From: Malacoraja senta
Lineage: Eukaryota
DNA length: 64,000 nucleotides
Assembly: GCA_038087875.1 (NCBI GenBank)
Contig: CM075989.1
Location: forward strand, 4,836,001 to 4,900,000
Direction: 5' to 3'
Positions 1-13,249 of this stretch are shown here, one piece after another (the first letter of the stretch is position 1; every line of letters starts with the position of its first letter). The notes under the pieces are model-generated. The model worked only from the letters and a program-made list of their open reading frames with translations, was not told where the DNA came from and ran no database searches. The translations under genes and the position numbers were made by a program.

Positions 1-172
1 TCATTGCAGTCCGTATCGCGCCTTGTATCTATAATGCTGAGCTCATCTATGGAAATTACTTCCAAATAATTTGTTGGATCTGTTTTTAAATAGATGTTAA
101 GTTCTTCCAGTGGAGATTTCACTTTATTTTATTGAATGGTGATTAGATATGAACTTGTCTGTTTGTGAACAG

Positions 173-408
173 GAGAACAAAAGGTTTGCTGTCCTATCAT
201 CCTGGAACCAATTTCTTGTACTCAGAAATACCTGACCGATTCAATCAACATTATTGTAAAAGGCGTTATGTCGAACTGGGATCCAAAAAGGAGAGACCTA
301 TTGCCTACATGTTCTTGGGTCTTGCAGCCAGCTGAACAGAAGGACACTAAAGATAACTGTTTCCTTCAACGACTTTTGCTAGAAATGGCATGCAATGAGT
401 TGCATCTG
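173..408 (+). CDS. TICRR: Treslin coding exon (human exon 3 equivalent; upstream exons lie outside the window)
   Basis: AG at 171-172, GT at 409. Encodes EQKVCCPIILEPISCTQK...SWVLQ...LLLEMACNELHL, matching human Treslin TLEPL...SWML...EELHL as recalled. Confidence 0.9.
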
Positions 409-637
409 GTGTGTACTATTAATAAACATTAATTTGAAGGCTGTTTATAACTTTTTCCGATTAATAACATAATTCCCATATGCTGAACTGATGTCATGGG
501 AGATAAAATATATTTGCAACTCTTTTGATCTTCAACTCTTTTGGATAACATTAGTTAAATCAAAGATTAATTCTTGGAAAAATTGATTGGAAAAAATATT
601 TAAGAACAAATGATGAGATTAATTTTTTTTTTTTCAG

Positions 638-875
638 GTTGCTGATGTAGGGATGAATGATTGCCTGCCACCGTGTACAGGAGTACTGTCTCCCTTGCTT
701 TGTAATACTGCCATGTTCACAGTAATTTGGCAACAAACACAAGAATTTGAGGAGCTTCTCTTTCAGGCAGGGATTGCAGAAAAGATAGATGGTGTATCCT
801 CTGAAGTCTCTGATATTGTGGACAAAGCACTGAGCGTCATCTCCGACATCCCTGAAGAATGTCTAACCTGTTCAG
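638..875 (+). CDS. TICRR: Treslin coding exon
   Basis: T-run+CAG acceptor, GTAAC donor. VADVGMNDCLPPCTGVLSPL resembles human [20 protein letters not shown]. Confidence 0.92.
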
Positions 876-1936
876 GTAACTAAAATGAGCAGTAATTTTA
901 TAAATTTGGTGACCATTAAGATCCCTTTGATCTGTCTGACCATATAATTCCTGAGTTTGAACATTCCTTTTGAATACAGAATAAAGTTTTATTAAATAGC
1001 CTGAGCGAAGATAAGGTTTTGATTTTGTGGATGAAAATTATCTGTAAAGTTAATTTACCTAATGAGACTACTGTTGAAAAAATTACTATAGGGAGAAAAC
1101 ACAACTTTCTTGATGTTAAGAAGTGGGGAGTTCTTGCAATGGATTGCTGAATTACTGTTATCTTGCAATAGAGATCTTGGAAATGAAGGAAATCGATTTT
1201 GAACAAATATTTAATTCCCATTTCAGTTGCCTATTTCATTTTGTGAAATCAGCTTTGAAATCAAGAGTTGACGGTGCTGCATGAATTTTTGATACAAATT
1301 TGACTAAAAGCGTAACAATTTGGCACGCCTATATGCTGCTGCGTTTCTCTAGAATGTGCTCCAGTAGAGGTGAAAACACTCAGTAAACTATTTGAAAATA
1401 AAAACTCCAAGAAATGCAGTCATTGAAATAAAAATTATTAATTCATCAATTGATAAACCAACCAAAAACAGGTTGGTGTATGATGTATTGTGATGTAGAT
1501 AATTTTTCTCGTGTCTCAAATTTTAGCAAATTAAATCTGTATAAACTAGGATCAAACATACAAATTGAACACACGATGGCTCTCGAAGCATCTGTGACTA
1601 ATTAAGCATGATATACTTTAACATTTGAATGTAGGAAAGAATATTATTGCAGTCCATTTAGCTGGTTCCAAAAAAATTACCCAGCTTCTCATTAATGCTC
1701 GGCACTCATTTGAACTTTTCAGCACCATTTATGTATGCTATCCCACTTGAATAATTCATCATGTATTTACTGCCCACTTGAATCATGTTATTTGGAGTGT
1801 GATTTATCTACTGTTTTAATTTTTTAATATTTAAATATTACCATCTCTTCAACGGGGTGCTTGGTTTTCAGCACTCTAGCTTTGTCTTAAAATATAAACC
1901 AAAAAAATTAAATGTGATTTTCTTTTCGTCTGGAAG

Positions 1937-2066
1937 ATGTTACTGTTCCAGATTGGGTCGACTTGGAGCTGTCTGAAACCTCGCAGCAAAATGTTTCCTT
2001 TATTGAAGGGTGGTTTCCATTGTCTGAATTATCAGGAGCAAGCTCTACTCTGATGGAATCGTTCAG
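1937..2066 (+). CDS. TICRR: Treslin coding exon
   Basis: VPDWVDLEL...IEGWFPLSELSGASSTLMESF resembles human VPEWAQQEL...[23 protein letters not shown]/GT junctions are in phase. Confidence 0.92.
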
Positions 2067-2152
2067 GTATATTATTAAAATTACTTCAATTTTATGAAAT
2101 GAGAAAGTACCAGAATCATTTAAAAACTTCAGAACTATTATTTTTGCATTAG

Positions 2153-2289
2153 ATCAATTCATGCAGTGGATGACAAAGAGAATATAGACTCTGAACTTGT
2201 TCTGACTGGTCATTTGGCTGAGTTTTACCAGAGCAAATCTGCAAGTGAAACTGGAGCAACTGTAGAACATGCAAATAAAAGAAAACGAT
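2153..2289 (+). CDS. TICRR: Treslin coding exon (follows an 86-nt intron)
   Basis: SIHAVDDKE...HLAEFYQSKS...KRKR, TAG acceptor, GTAAGC donor. Confidence 0.88.
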
Positions 2290-2859
2290 GTAAGCACTTT
2301 TTTTTCCTGGAATTTAAACTCTGATAATGTTATATTTACTTGCTTTACATATTTTCCAAACTCTGACCTCTCTGTACAGTCTCTTTCTGAATGAGCTATT
2401 TCCTCATTGAATCGCCATTCCACGAGTGTGACTACGGTAGTTGAATAATCCTTGGGATCTTAATGCCAGCAAATTATTCACCCCAGCAGATCAATATGTT
2501 CTGGCCTGAAATAAATTGATTGTAGTAAATAAAAACAGTAAATGCTGGAAGTACTTGGCAGAGCAGGAACACCTGTGGAGAGAGATAGAAACAAAAATAA
2601 TATTTCAGTTGCTGACATTTTATTTGACCACCTGAAATATCACCTATGGTTTCCCCTTCCATTTTCCCCCTCCATAGATGTTTCCTAGCCTGTTGTAGAC
2701 CTATTTCCAGTATTTTGTGCTTATATTTTACATTTTCTGCAAATGCTTTTCTTTTGAATAAACTTTTCAGCCCTGAAACCTAATGACAAAGTCTGAACCT
2801 CATGGCTGGGTATTATTTTGCTCTAAACTCTGATTGAAGACAGTTTTAATAAATTACAG

Positions 2860-3063
2860 CTGGCCCACGAACTCCCATCCGGCAGAAGATGAAATCCATG
2901 AGTCGCTCTCTGCAGATGCTGAATGTTGCTAGGCTAAACGTGAAAGCTCAGAAGAGTCTGACAGATGGGGTGCAACCGCTGACTGGAGAGAAATCCACCA
3001 ATCCATCTAAAAAACGTTCAGGGGACAAGCGGAAAAATAAGAGAGCAAGAAAGGATTTGGCTG
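2860..3063 (+). CDS. TICRR: Treslin coding exon
   Basis: [30 protein letters not shown] is a near-invariant Treslin motif. Confidence 0.95.
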
Positions 3064-3676
3064 GTAGGTCATGGTGACTACTTTTCATTCAATTTTTTGG
3101 GCTGTTTTCAAGACCAGCTTTTTTTCAGAGATGCTGCCTGACCTGATGGGTTACTTTGGCACTTTGGCTATCTTTGGTATAAACCAGTATCTGCAGTTCC
3201 TTCCTATGACGTGAAGGTGGGTCACTGCTTGTTTCCTGTAAGACTTCATTTAGTGGTTAGAAAGCAAAACTGCTCATTATTCCTGCGTTAGTTTGAAATC
3301 TGTATCAATGCGATACAACTGTAGTTTATCAGTCAAATTAAATGGATGTGGAACTATTTTGTTCAATTTACTCATTTGGAACTGGGGTGAGATAACATTT
3401 AAGGAATAATGATCAATTACGTGTCGCTCTGCAAGGCATTGAGAGCCTAATCCGTGCCTAGCCAGGTGCTGATGTCGTGGAAGTTAAATTTGCAAATTAA
3501 AAGGACAGGCAGTATGCTAATTAAAACATGGAGGTGATATGAAGTGTATTAAATGTTAATACCTTTTTTGGGGAGTGTATTAATGGACTGAATGCATAAT
3601 GCAACAATACTTGCACCTTGATTTACAAATTGCCCATTTGCAAATTTAAATCGGCTGCTAATTCTGCTTCTTACAG

Positions 3677-3828
3677 ATTTTAAAAGTAGCGAGGAGATGG
3701 TGTCCAGTCTGAAAGAGACCTACCAGAAATATGTTGTGGAGGAAGAATTGTCCCAGTTCAATTTCACAAAAAATGCAATCACTGTTATGAAAATGTACCT
3801 AGAATCTGCTAACACTGAAGATCTTGAG
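3677..3828 (+). CDS. TICRR: Treslin coding exon (Sld3-homology region)
   Basis: DFKSSEEMVSSLKETYQK...KMYLES...DLE resembles human DFKTEEELLSYIRENYQK. Confidence 0.92.
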
Positions 3829-4647
3829 GTATTCCATCTTTAATTTTGTGATCTGATACTTCTGCAGTAAATGTATGATTGATGCCATTAGGACATTTTG
3901 TGATCTTTCACAAGTTCCTACTTGGAAAATAATTGTACTTGCATACAATTGTTGTTTTTTTTGGTGTAGCACAATACTGTTTATTCTATTGCTAGGATAT
4001 AGGAATTGACGCTATTTAGTTCTCTTGTTGGTAAAAGATGTGATGTGCCATGAGAACTTGTGCTGAGCCATTGTTGACATTGTAACTTTGTATAAACTTT
4101 TGGGATGATTTGTAAGCACATTGTCAAAAACTTGACAATACCAAATGGGAACTACAGTTAAACAAGGGAGTTGCAACAAAGTATGGGAAGACTTGTGGAA
4201 TGGGCATTTTACGCAATATTGCTTTAAAAAAAAATTTAAGCACTTGGGGTTCCCTTCTAGATGGATAGAAATGAAGTGTGTGAGTTGAATTGTAAACTTA
4301 ACAGCCATTTAGTTTGTCCCATTTAAGTTATAGAATATAATAATAAAGAAATGGAAAATGTCTCATGACATCTGAATTGAGAGATTAAATTTATCAAAGT
4401 TGAATCATGGGGCACGTAAAAGAAAAGACACAAGATTTTAGACAATTTTAAAGCTTAAAAAAAAAAATTTAGACAAGACATGAACAAGAATTTTCTGCTT
4501 ATCCAGCACACTATCATAGTATATTATATAGTATATAAGGTGGCTATTGATACTTTTTTTTTAAATCACCTGAAAGATTTTTGATCCCGAGTAGTTAGAA
4601 TGTGAAACTGGCTAATGTATGTAGTTGAAGCGGTGAGCTGAGATATG

Positions 4648-6166
4648 CAGTGCCCTCCATAATGTTTGGGATAAAGACCCATCATTTATTTAGTTGCCTC
4701 TGTACTCCACAATTTATACATTTTGGTTTCACCATGTAGAAATTGCAGCTGTGTTTATACATAGTCCCCCCATTTCAGGGCACCATAATGTTTGGGACAC
4801 ATGGCTTCACAGGTGTTTGTAATTGCTCAGGTGTGTTCAAATGCCTCCTTAATGCAGGTATAAGAGCTCTCAGCACCTAGTCTTTCCTCCAGTCTTTCCA
4901 TCACCTTTGGAAACTTTTAATGCTGTTTAATAAGTCAAAAGAAGCCATTATGAAACAGAAACAAGTGTAAAATTGTTAGAGACATCAGCCAAACCTTAGG
5001 CTTATCAAAATCAACTGTTTGGAACATAATTGAGAAGAAAGAATACTGGTGAGCTTACTCATCACAAAGGAACTGGCAGGCCAAGGAAGACATCCACAGC
5101 TGATGACAGAAGAATTCTCTCTATAATAAAGAAAAAACCCAAAACACCTGTCCGACAGATCAGATACACTCTTCAGGATGCAGGTGTTGATTTGTCAATG
5201 ACCACTGTCCACAGAAGACTTCATGAACATAAACACAGAGGCTACACTGCTAGATGCAAACCACTGGTTAGCCGCAAAAATAGGATGGCCAGGTTACAGT
5301 TTGCCAAGAAGTACTTGAAAGAGCAACCACAGTTCTGGAAAAAGATCTTGTGGACAGATGAGATGAAGATTAACTTGTATCAGAGTGATGGCAAGAGCAA
5401 AGTATGGATGAGAGAAGGAACTGCCCAAGATCCAAAGCATACCACCTCATCTGTGAAACATGGTGGTGGGGGTGTTATGGCCTGGGCATGTATGGCTGCT
5501 GAAGGTACTGGCTCACTTATCTTCATTGATGATACAATTGCTGATGGTAGTAGCATAATGAATTCTGAAGTGTATAGACATATCCTATCTGCTCAAGTTC
5601 AAACAAATGCCTCAAAACTCATTGGCCGGCAGTTCATTCTACAGCTGGACAATGATCCCAAACGTACTGCTAAAGCAACAAAGGAGTTTTTCAAAGCTAA
5701 AAAATTGTCAATTCTTGAATGGCCGTCAATCACCCGATCTGAACCCAATTGAGCATGCCTTTTATATGCTGAAGAGAAAACTGAAGGGGACTAGCCCCCA
5801 AAACAAGCATAAGCTAAAGATGGCTGCAATACAGGCCTGGCAGAGCATCACCAGAGCAACTGGTGATGTCCATGAATCGCAGACTTCAAGCAGTCATTGC
5901 ATTCAAAGGATATGCAACAAAATACTAAACATGACTACTTTCATTTACATGACACTGCTGTGTCCCAAACATTATGGTGCCGTGAAATGGGGGGGCTATG
6001 TATAAACACTGCTGTAATTTCTACATGGTGAAACCAAAGTGGCCTTTATTAAAATCTGACAATGTGCACTTTAACCACATGTGATTTTTTTCTATTATAA
6101 ATCTCAAATTGTGGAGTACGGGTGCAAATAAATAAATGACGGGTCGTTGTCCCAAACATTATGGAG
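4648..6166 (+). mobile_element. Tc1-family DNA transposon (DD34E, IR/DR-type long TIRs), defective
   Basis: Left end CAGTGCCCTCCATAATGTTTGGGA with the inverted copy ending at ~6166, and an inner DR at ~4785. Transposase motifs GRPRK, WTDE, DNDPK, SPDLNPIE with 34 residues between D and E. Start codon deleted; frameshift at ~5724. Confidence 0.93.
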
Positions 6167-6521
6167 TATTTAAGGAGAAGCTGGATAATTGCCTGAAGGA
6201 AATGAATAGTGATAATGTATGTATATGTGATTAGATGAAAAGATGATACATTAAAATTGGGATGCCCTGATGGCCAAGTCAAATATTTAGTTTCTCTCCA
6301 GGAATTACCATATAACACTGGATGTAGTGAATTCTCACTTCAAAATACTTCACTAATAACTCCAATCAGAATTTCCACCAAACACTGAACATTGCTTCAT
6401 CTTGAGTTGGAAAACTCAAACCTCTTAATGCCTTTTTATAAGTTGTAAATGTACTATAGTTTCAACACTGATTCTTCTGCAACTGCTTTGAATATAACAA
6501 TATTACTGCTTTTATTCAAAG

Positions 6522-6622
6522 GCCACATGCATAAATCTAATCCGGATGCAGCTACTAAAGAGCAGTAAATCTATTCGACAGCTGTATGGAAACCAGGAAG
6601 ATAAAGAACGTAAAGTCCGAGA
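6522..6622 (+). CDS. TICRR: Treslin coding exon
   Basis: ATCINLIRMQLLKSSKSIRQLYGNQEDKERKVR, GTGAGT donor. Confidence 0.92.
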
Positions 6623-7351
6623 GTGAGTGGGCTCTTTAGATAATTTCTGGCTGTACTTGCCATTCATAATTGTTTAAAGTAAGATATTTTTTTTATTTGG
6701 ATGCAATGCTTCTAGTGAAATTGTATGCAGTTGTTTACAATGCAAAACTGCACTTGTTCAGTATATTGATAATCTCTCCACATCATTCCTATTGCATTTT
6801 GTTTCATTCAGAGATATGGCATGGAAATGGGTTCTTTGGCCCATTGAGTCCATGCTGACCTGTTCACGATATTTTTGTTATCCCCTTTCGTACCCACTTC
6901 CTGCACACTAGGAGCAATATACAGAGGCCAATTAATTTACAAACCCGCACGTCTTTGAGGTGGGAGGAAACCAGGGCACACAGATGAAACAGTTGCAGGG
7001 AAAACATGCAAACTCCACACAGACAGCACCAGAGGTCATAATTGAACCCGGATCTCTGGTGCTGTGAGACAATGGCTCTTCCAGCTGTGTTAATGTTGTT
7101 TTAAATAGATATTTCTAGCTGGTCATTTACAATTTACAAGCCATTTGGGAAAAGTCGGGGAAATTGTAACCTATTTTTGTCTTGCCTTCGAATCTGCTTA
7201 TCATAACTAGATAATCAATTGGCAAATATTTTCTTCCAACGTTTCAAATTTTGTTTGTTGACGATCATAAGAAAGGAAAGATCACTAAGTTGTATCAATT
7301 TTTATTTTCAAAAGATCCTTTTATAACTGATTTTATTGGTTCTATTTGCAG

Positions 7352-7445
7352 CTGCCAACTGCAGATTTTGTTGCGTTTGGAGATGTGCGAACAGTTTCCA
7401 TCACTGCAAAGTGATACTGAGCAGTTGGAACATTTCGTGGAAGAA
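7352..7445 (+). CDS. TICRR: Treslin coding exon
   Basis: CQLQILLRLEMCEQFPSL...FVEE, GTAAGT donor. Confidence 0.95.
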
Positions 7446-7720
7446 GTAAGTACGGAGTTCGACCAAGTCTAAGTTTGCATCTGGCACAAAGGACAGGATA
7501 AATGTCACGGGTTTAGTATTTTTAATGCAATTTCATTGTTGAAGCAACTGTTTAATGAAACCAAATGAACATTTATGTTTAAAGGCTTTCTGTAGTCATG
7601 ATTGAAAAATCTTCTTTTGTCATGAAAAGTATTAGAAAATGTAGAACCTTCATCAACAAACTATTCATATTCAGTGCAAATTTTACAAACCTGCACATTC
7701 ATATTCAGTGCAAGATTAAA

Positions 7721-8858
7721 ATCATCAATATTGAGGTTTCTACATGATGGCACAGTGCTCAGCAACTGCGGCTCTGAATCCGAGCCCTTCACTATGGAAA
7801 CGTGGGTCAAACAGGGATGCATCATCACGCCCTGTTTATTGCTGCCATACTTCATCTCATTGGTGAAGAGCTGCCACAGGGGATCCCAATCCTCTACAGA
7901 ACTGACGGTGGGCTCTTCAACCTTAGTAGGTTGAAGGCCAAGAGCAAAGTCAGTAACACTGCCATCATGGAGCTTCAGTACGCGGACGACTGCGCCTTTA
8001 CAGCACACTCTGCAGAAGACCTCCAAGGCATCCTGAATGCCTTTGCCAAGGCATACAGAGCCATGGGCCTAGCCTTAAATATCAAGAAGACCCAAGTCCT
8101 ACATCAACCTCCACCCAACCAGCGGTCTACCCAGCCCACTATAAAAGTAGAGGACACCACACTTGAAAACATTGACCGCTTCCCCTACCTTGGCAGCATT
8201 CTTTCTTCAAAAGCTGACATCGACTGAGGTCAACCATCGCCTGAGTTGTGCCAACGGAACCTACGCCAGACTCGGGAAAAGAGTCTGAAGACCCAGACCT
8301 AAATGCTCACACAAAACTGCTGGTCTACAGAGCCGTTGTCCTCCCCACCCTGTTGTATGGAGCCGAGTCGTGCACCTACAGCAGGCACCTGAGAGCCCTG
8401 GAACAATACCATCAAAGATCCATACGAAAGATTCTGAGGATCAGCTGGGAGGACAAACGCACCAACATCAGCGTTTTGGAGGAAGCCAACATGACCAGCA
8501 TCACCACCACAATAATGCAGCACCAACTTCGATGGACTGGCCATGTCATTTGCATGTCCAATACACGTTTCCCCAAACACATCCTGTAGTCTCAATTGAA
8601 GGCCAAAGAAACACTTCAAGGCAGGAAGGACCTGCAGGTCAAGAAATGGAACTACGCCGTGTCGCACAGACAAAGCGACAACACCGTAAGGAGAGAGAGA
8701 GAAGCGGGCTCGACGACTACTAACCACCGCCAGTCTCCACTGCCCATGTTGCACCAAGGTGTGTGTATCGCGGATCAGCCTCTACAGACATCTGCAGAAC
8801 CACAGGTAGAGGAGAGGACAGTCATACTCGTTTCGACTGACCGTCGATGATGATGATC
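7721..8858 (+). mobile_element. RTE-clade LINE, 5'-truncated and frameshifted
   Basis: VKQGC...YRTDGGLFNLSRLKAK...ELQYADD...FPYLGS, LLYGAE, LRWTGHV, C-terminal Cys/His finger, (TGA)n tail. Confidence 0.88.
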
Positions 8859-9698
8859 AAATAATACATATCACTTAAAAGAACTTAAAAGCAAAATACT
8901 TCAATTAGAGAAATTGTAATTTAAAGCACAGAATATCTGGAATATTTATGATAAACTATGGTACCTGCAAGGAAATTGCTGCCTTTCAAATATGTAGAGC
9001 ACAATCCCTTGATTCACATGAAGATTTAAATGCATTGCACTATGACAATATGGCACGATTGGCCATTGTAGTCATGTCCGATGCATGGCTGTATACAGTC
9101 AGTAAATCCTTAGAATCCAATATTTCAATAGTTATAATCAATAGGAATTAATAAGTTCACATCAAAGCAGTTGCATACGTCGTGTTGTGGAGTGGGTTCC
9201 TACATCACTCATAGGAGTAGTGAGCAACCCTTGGAGGAAGTAGTTTTGCACTGAAGATGGACATAAAATGCTGGAGTAACTCAGCTGGACAGGCAGCATC
9301 TCTGGAGAAAAGGAATGGATGATGTTTCAGGTCGAGACCCTTCTTCAGAACTGCAGATGCTGGTACCTTGAGGAGATTTGCACTGTTCGAGTTTGATGCC
9401 ATGTGAACTAGTTAACTGCAGAATCCAGGACAGTTTGCAGACAGCTAATAGAGGTTATGAGCCATCTTGAGTCTTTACTTATTTACCTCGGTTGTTTTAA
9501 CTATCCAATAGAGGTTCTTTGGTATTAATGGTATACATTTTCCACATTGCTAATGCTACAGCATGGAATAAACTGCAGTGAGGAAATATATCAAATTTAG
9601 AAACTGATGTATCAGTGGTGAGTGAAAAGGCATTAAATGTCTTTCCTAATACAATCATCTAAATACTTTTTTTAAACTAAACTTGTTTTTGATTGCAG

Positions 9699-9781
9699 AT
9701 GACAAATCTCCTACGCATCATATCTTTAACAAAAGACACCACATTTCTCGCAAAGTTTCTGGAGGAAGAGATTTTAAAAAC
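9699..9781 (+). CDS. TICRR: Treslin coding exon
   Basis: MTNLLRIISLTKDTTFLAKFLEEEILK, CAG acceptor, GTAAGC donor. Confidence 0.92.
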
Positions 9782-10491
9782 GTAAGCTCAAAACATTCAT
9801 AAAAGGCAGTGTTTTTATCTAGTTTCAGTTTTCTCCTTTTCATTCTCACCTTTACAGTTTGGGATCAAAGGATAATGTGCACTGTACAGAGTTTATACAT
9901 TCTCCCTCACTCACTCGGGTCTCCTCCCACAGTCAGGTTTGTAGGTTAATTGGCTTCTGTAAATTGTGCCCAGTATATAGGATAGTGATGGTGTACGGGG
10001 TGATCACTGACTCGGTGGGCCGTATCTCTAAAGTCTAAATCATGATCAGCAATGACTCCTCGTTCCTGGCAATGATATTTTATGGCCCTCCCACTCCAAA
10101 TTTAATCAACCGGTGAGTAAAACTTATTTGAAATTTTAGGCTCTGAACTTTACTATTTGGTCATTTACCAAGTGGGTTGGTAGAAATAATGAAGTTGCCT
10201 TCATTAAAAATTTAACTTTGCATTTAACAATATATTGTTAGTTTGGCCAAGATTGTAAATTAGTAAATTTTACTGATACATTAATTAAATACTTTTCCCC
10301 CATCTTGCGACATATTGTGATGTGAAAAATTAAATGTTGTTAGTAATGCAAAGTGTAAACGGGTGCTTGATGGTGGACAGTGGGCTTTCCATACTGTATG
10401 ACTCGAACATGACCTGTGAGAAGTTCCCCAACTTAAAAAAATTTAATTACCCGATATAATTTCCAAATTTGCTAATTTAATGTAACATTTA

Positions 10492-10689
10492 TGGGCCCGT
10501 CCCGTCCCACTTAGGCAACTCTTCAGGCGACTGCCAGGGACTAATTTTAATGGAATTCACCTACAACACCTGACAACCTACGACAGCAAAAATTGTCGCC
10601 ACTGTCGCCGAAAATATTTCAACATGTTGAAAATTTTGCGGTGGTCGCCTGTAGTTGCCTAAAAAACCCGCCAATGTGGGACAGGCCCA
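10492..10689. mobile_element. PIF/Harbinger-like MITE
   Basis: TIR TGGGCC..GTCCCAC / GTGGGACAGGCCCA, flanked by TTA on both sides. Confidence 0.72.
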
Positions 10690-10887
10690 TTAGTTTATTT
10701 GTAATTTTCTCTACCGGGTCATGAGTAAGCAAAGGAAGATTGTCTGTGCTTACACTCTACCTGTTGTTGCTTGTATAGTATGACTGCAATATTTAATGTG
10801 AAATGTTAACAGTTTAATATATGGGCATCATTTTCTTGTCCTAAAGTTCTTGCTGGGTTTCAAACTCAAGTGTTTATAAAAACATTG

Positions 10888-11030
10888 AAGGTAGACAAAA
10901 GTCTGAAGAAGGGTTTCAACCCGAAACGTTGCCTATTTCCTTCGCTCCATAGATGCTGCCTCACCCGCTGAGTTTCTCCAGCACTTTTGTCTACCTTTGA
11001 TTTTCCAGCATCTGCAGTTCCTCCTTGAAC
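10888..11030 (+). repeat. Penelope pLTR-derived repeat with an intact minimal hammerhead motif (10903-10930)
   Basis: CTGAAGA-A-GGGTT-TC-AACCC-GAAAC-GTT followed by the family 3' segment, with a short inverted 5' extension. Confidence 0.72.
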
Positions 11031-11748
11031 ATTTTATAAAAACATTAATCCACTCTGCCAAATTTCAAACGTCATCCAAGAAATATTAGATGTAGTGCAG
11101 AGCAGACATTCAAGCACATTTTGATTTTTGTGTGTGTATATAGTTTTACTATTGTGTATCTATTGTTCAATTTGCTCATGATTAGAAATATTTATAATGT
11201 ATTTGAATTGTGTGGATTTAATTACCAGCTCTTTCCTGTTCCATTGCCCCTCTGCTGATTGTTCTATGTGATCCATTGTACGGTTTGGCTTTGACTTCCA
11301 GTGTAATTGTCAAGTTTTTGTCATCTGTGGCTCGATAGCTTTCCCATCTGTTTTGGCATTTGAGTACAGAATATTTGCACTGGCGACTGTGCAGTACTGT
11401 GCAAAGAGAGTGATCTATTCTTGGAGAGCCATCTTTCTAAGGATGCATTACCAAAGGTATCAACCAGTATAGAAAGGCACTAATTCAGAGCAAAATTATC
11501 CTCTGTGCCAAGATTAATATTCAACTCCCAACCAAATATCACCAACAGAGTATTGGTTATTGAAATTGCTGATTATTGGTGTTTCTGTTTGCAAATTTAC
11601 CCTCTGGTTCCTTGCATTGCAAGAATAACCAAACTTCAAAAGATCATTTGCTGTGAGGTTATTTTGCATGTCCATGTGTTGTCAAAAGTAGACTGTAAAT
11701 GTAAGCTGTTTTAAAAAATAAATTTGATTCAACCATATTGCATTTCAG

Positions 11749-11982
11749 ATATTTGCTCACAGTGCCAAAAATATTAGGCGAGTTGTACTTTGGATTGGGG
11801 CAAAATATTCCAGAACGTCTCTCCGCAGTGCTTCCTGCTGATTTCTTCAGTGATGAATCAATGAGTCAAGAGCCCGAGTCACCTGGTGAATCCCAGCCAC
11901 CCTCCCTCGCTCCAAATAGCAGCTGTGCAGAATTTGAAGAACAGCTGGAAAAACTACGTACCAGGTCTTCTAGGAAAGGAAG
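11749..11982 (+). CDS. TICRR: Treslin coding exon
   Basis: PKILGELYFGLG...VLPADFFSDESMSQE...LRTRS resembles human VLPTDFFSDDSMTQE. Confidence 0.95.
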
Positions 11983-13161
11983 GTATGAAGATCCTAAATG
12001 CTTCCAGTGTTTTTGTTAGCTCCCTGCACCTCTGACTTACTAACCATAGTTGTGGAAGTGAATGAAGAGATCATTCAACCAATGCTTTATTGTTATATTC
12101 TGATGTAATTTGTCATTCAAAAATTTCTTAAGGTGTGACGACCACTAATTGTTGACGTGTAATAATAGGCTTGGCTATAAAGTGCAGCCATCCTTTAATT
12201 TAAGGTGCTCCATCACCTTTCCTCGTCTCTCTGAAACCCAGATCATCGTCTTTATTGGCACTAAACTTGGTTTTTCAGTTTATTCTTGCTCAACCTCCCT
12301 TGTATAACTATCTCAAAATGTTGTTGCCTGTATCTTACCGTGCACCAAAATTATTTTCAGGCCCAATTTGACTGGATATTAATAAAATTATCTCTCCAAG
12401 GCATCATGAACCATTTCCAATATTACAAAGCTCTTGAGATCTGTCCACTCCTCAAACTCTGGCTTCCTGTGCATCGCTGACTTTAATTCCTGTCTTCCCA
12501 GCCATGGCTTCCGTTTGAGTCCCTCTGCACTGTGCCGCTAACCTCATCTGTGTCCCTACTTTCCTCCTTGGTGTTCCTTAAAACTTGGATCTTCAAGTTT
12601 ATGATATCTGTTCTGACATTACCTGTGAGGTTTCAGATCAAACGTTTGTGCAATAATGCTTATCTGAAGCATGTTGGGAGCTTTTACTATGATGCATAAA
12701 TAAAACTCATTTGTAGCCTGCATGAAAGCCATAGGTTTATGGTATGAATTATGGGCAAGCACAGTAGTTATAAACAAATGCAGTATTTGAAAGTGAAGCA
12801 GTTTTTGGATATCCTGTCAAAATGACAAACTTTAAATTCCCATTTTCAACAAAAAGTCATTTTGATTATTTAATTTCCAACTGTTTTGTTTAATAAAGAA
12901 TTTAGGTCCCTGACTTTCCTACATCAATGAAAAGATAGCACTTTGCTTGGTATTGAAAACAGGAGTTGTTTCCTCAACAGATGCTAAATCAGCAGATTGT
13001 TCAGTGAAAATTCTGCATACATGTTTCCTATTCCAAAATGTTAACCATACTGAACATGATCTTCTACTTACAAATGTAAATCATCTACTTTGCCTAAAGG
13101 TATAAAATCATTCTAAATAAGCATTAAAAAATAAAGCACTGTTCAATGCTTTATCATCTAG

Positions 13162-13249
13162 GAACCTTCCACTGACCAGACATCGGAGCATGTCTGAGGT
13201 GTCCCATAATTTGCGGCAAATTGAAATGCCTAAGAAGTCTGTAAAACCG
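13162..13249 (+). CDS. TICRR: Treslin coding exon
   Basis: LTRHRSMSEVSHNLRQIEMPKK resembles human [21 protein letters not shown]. Confidence 0.94.
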
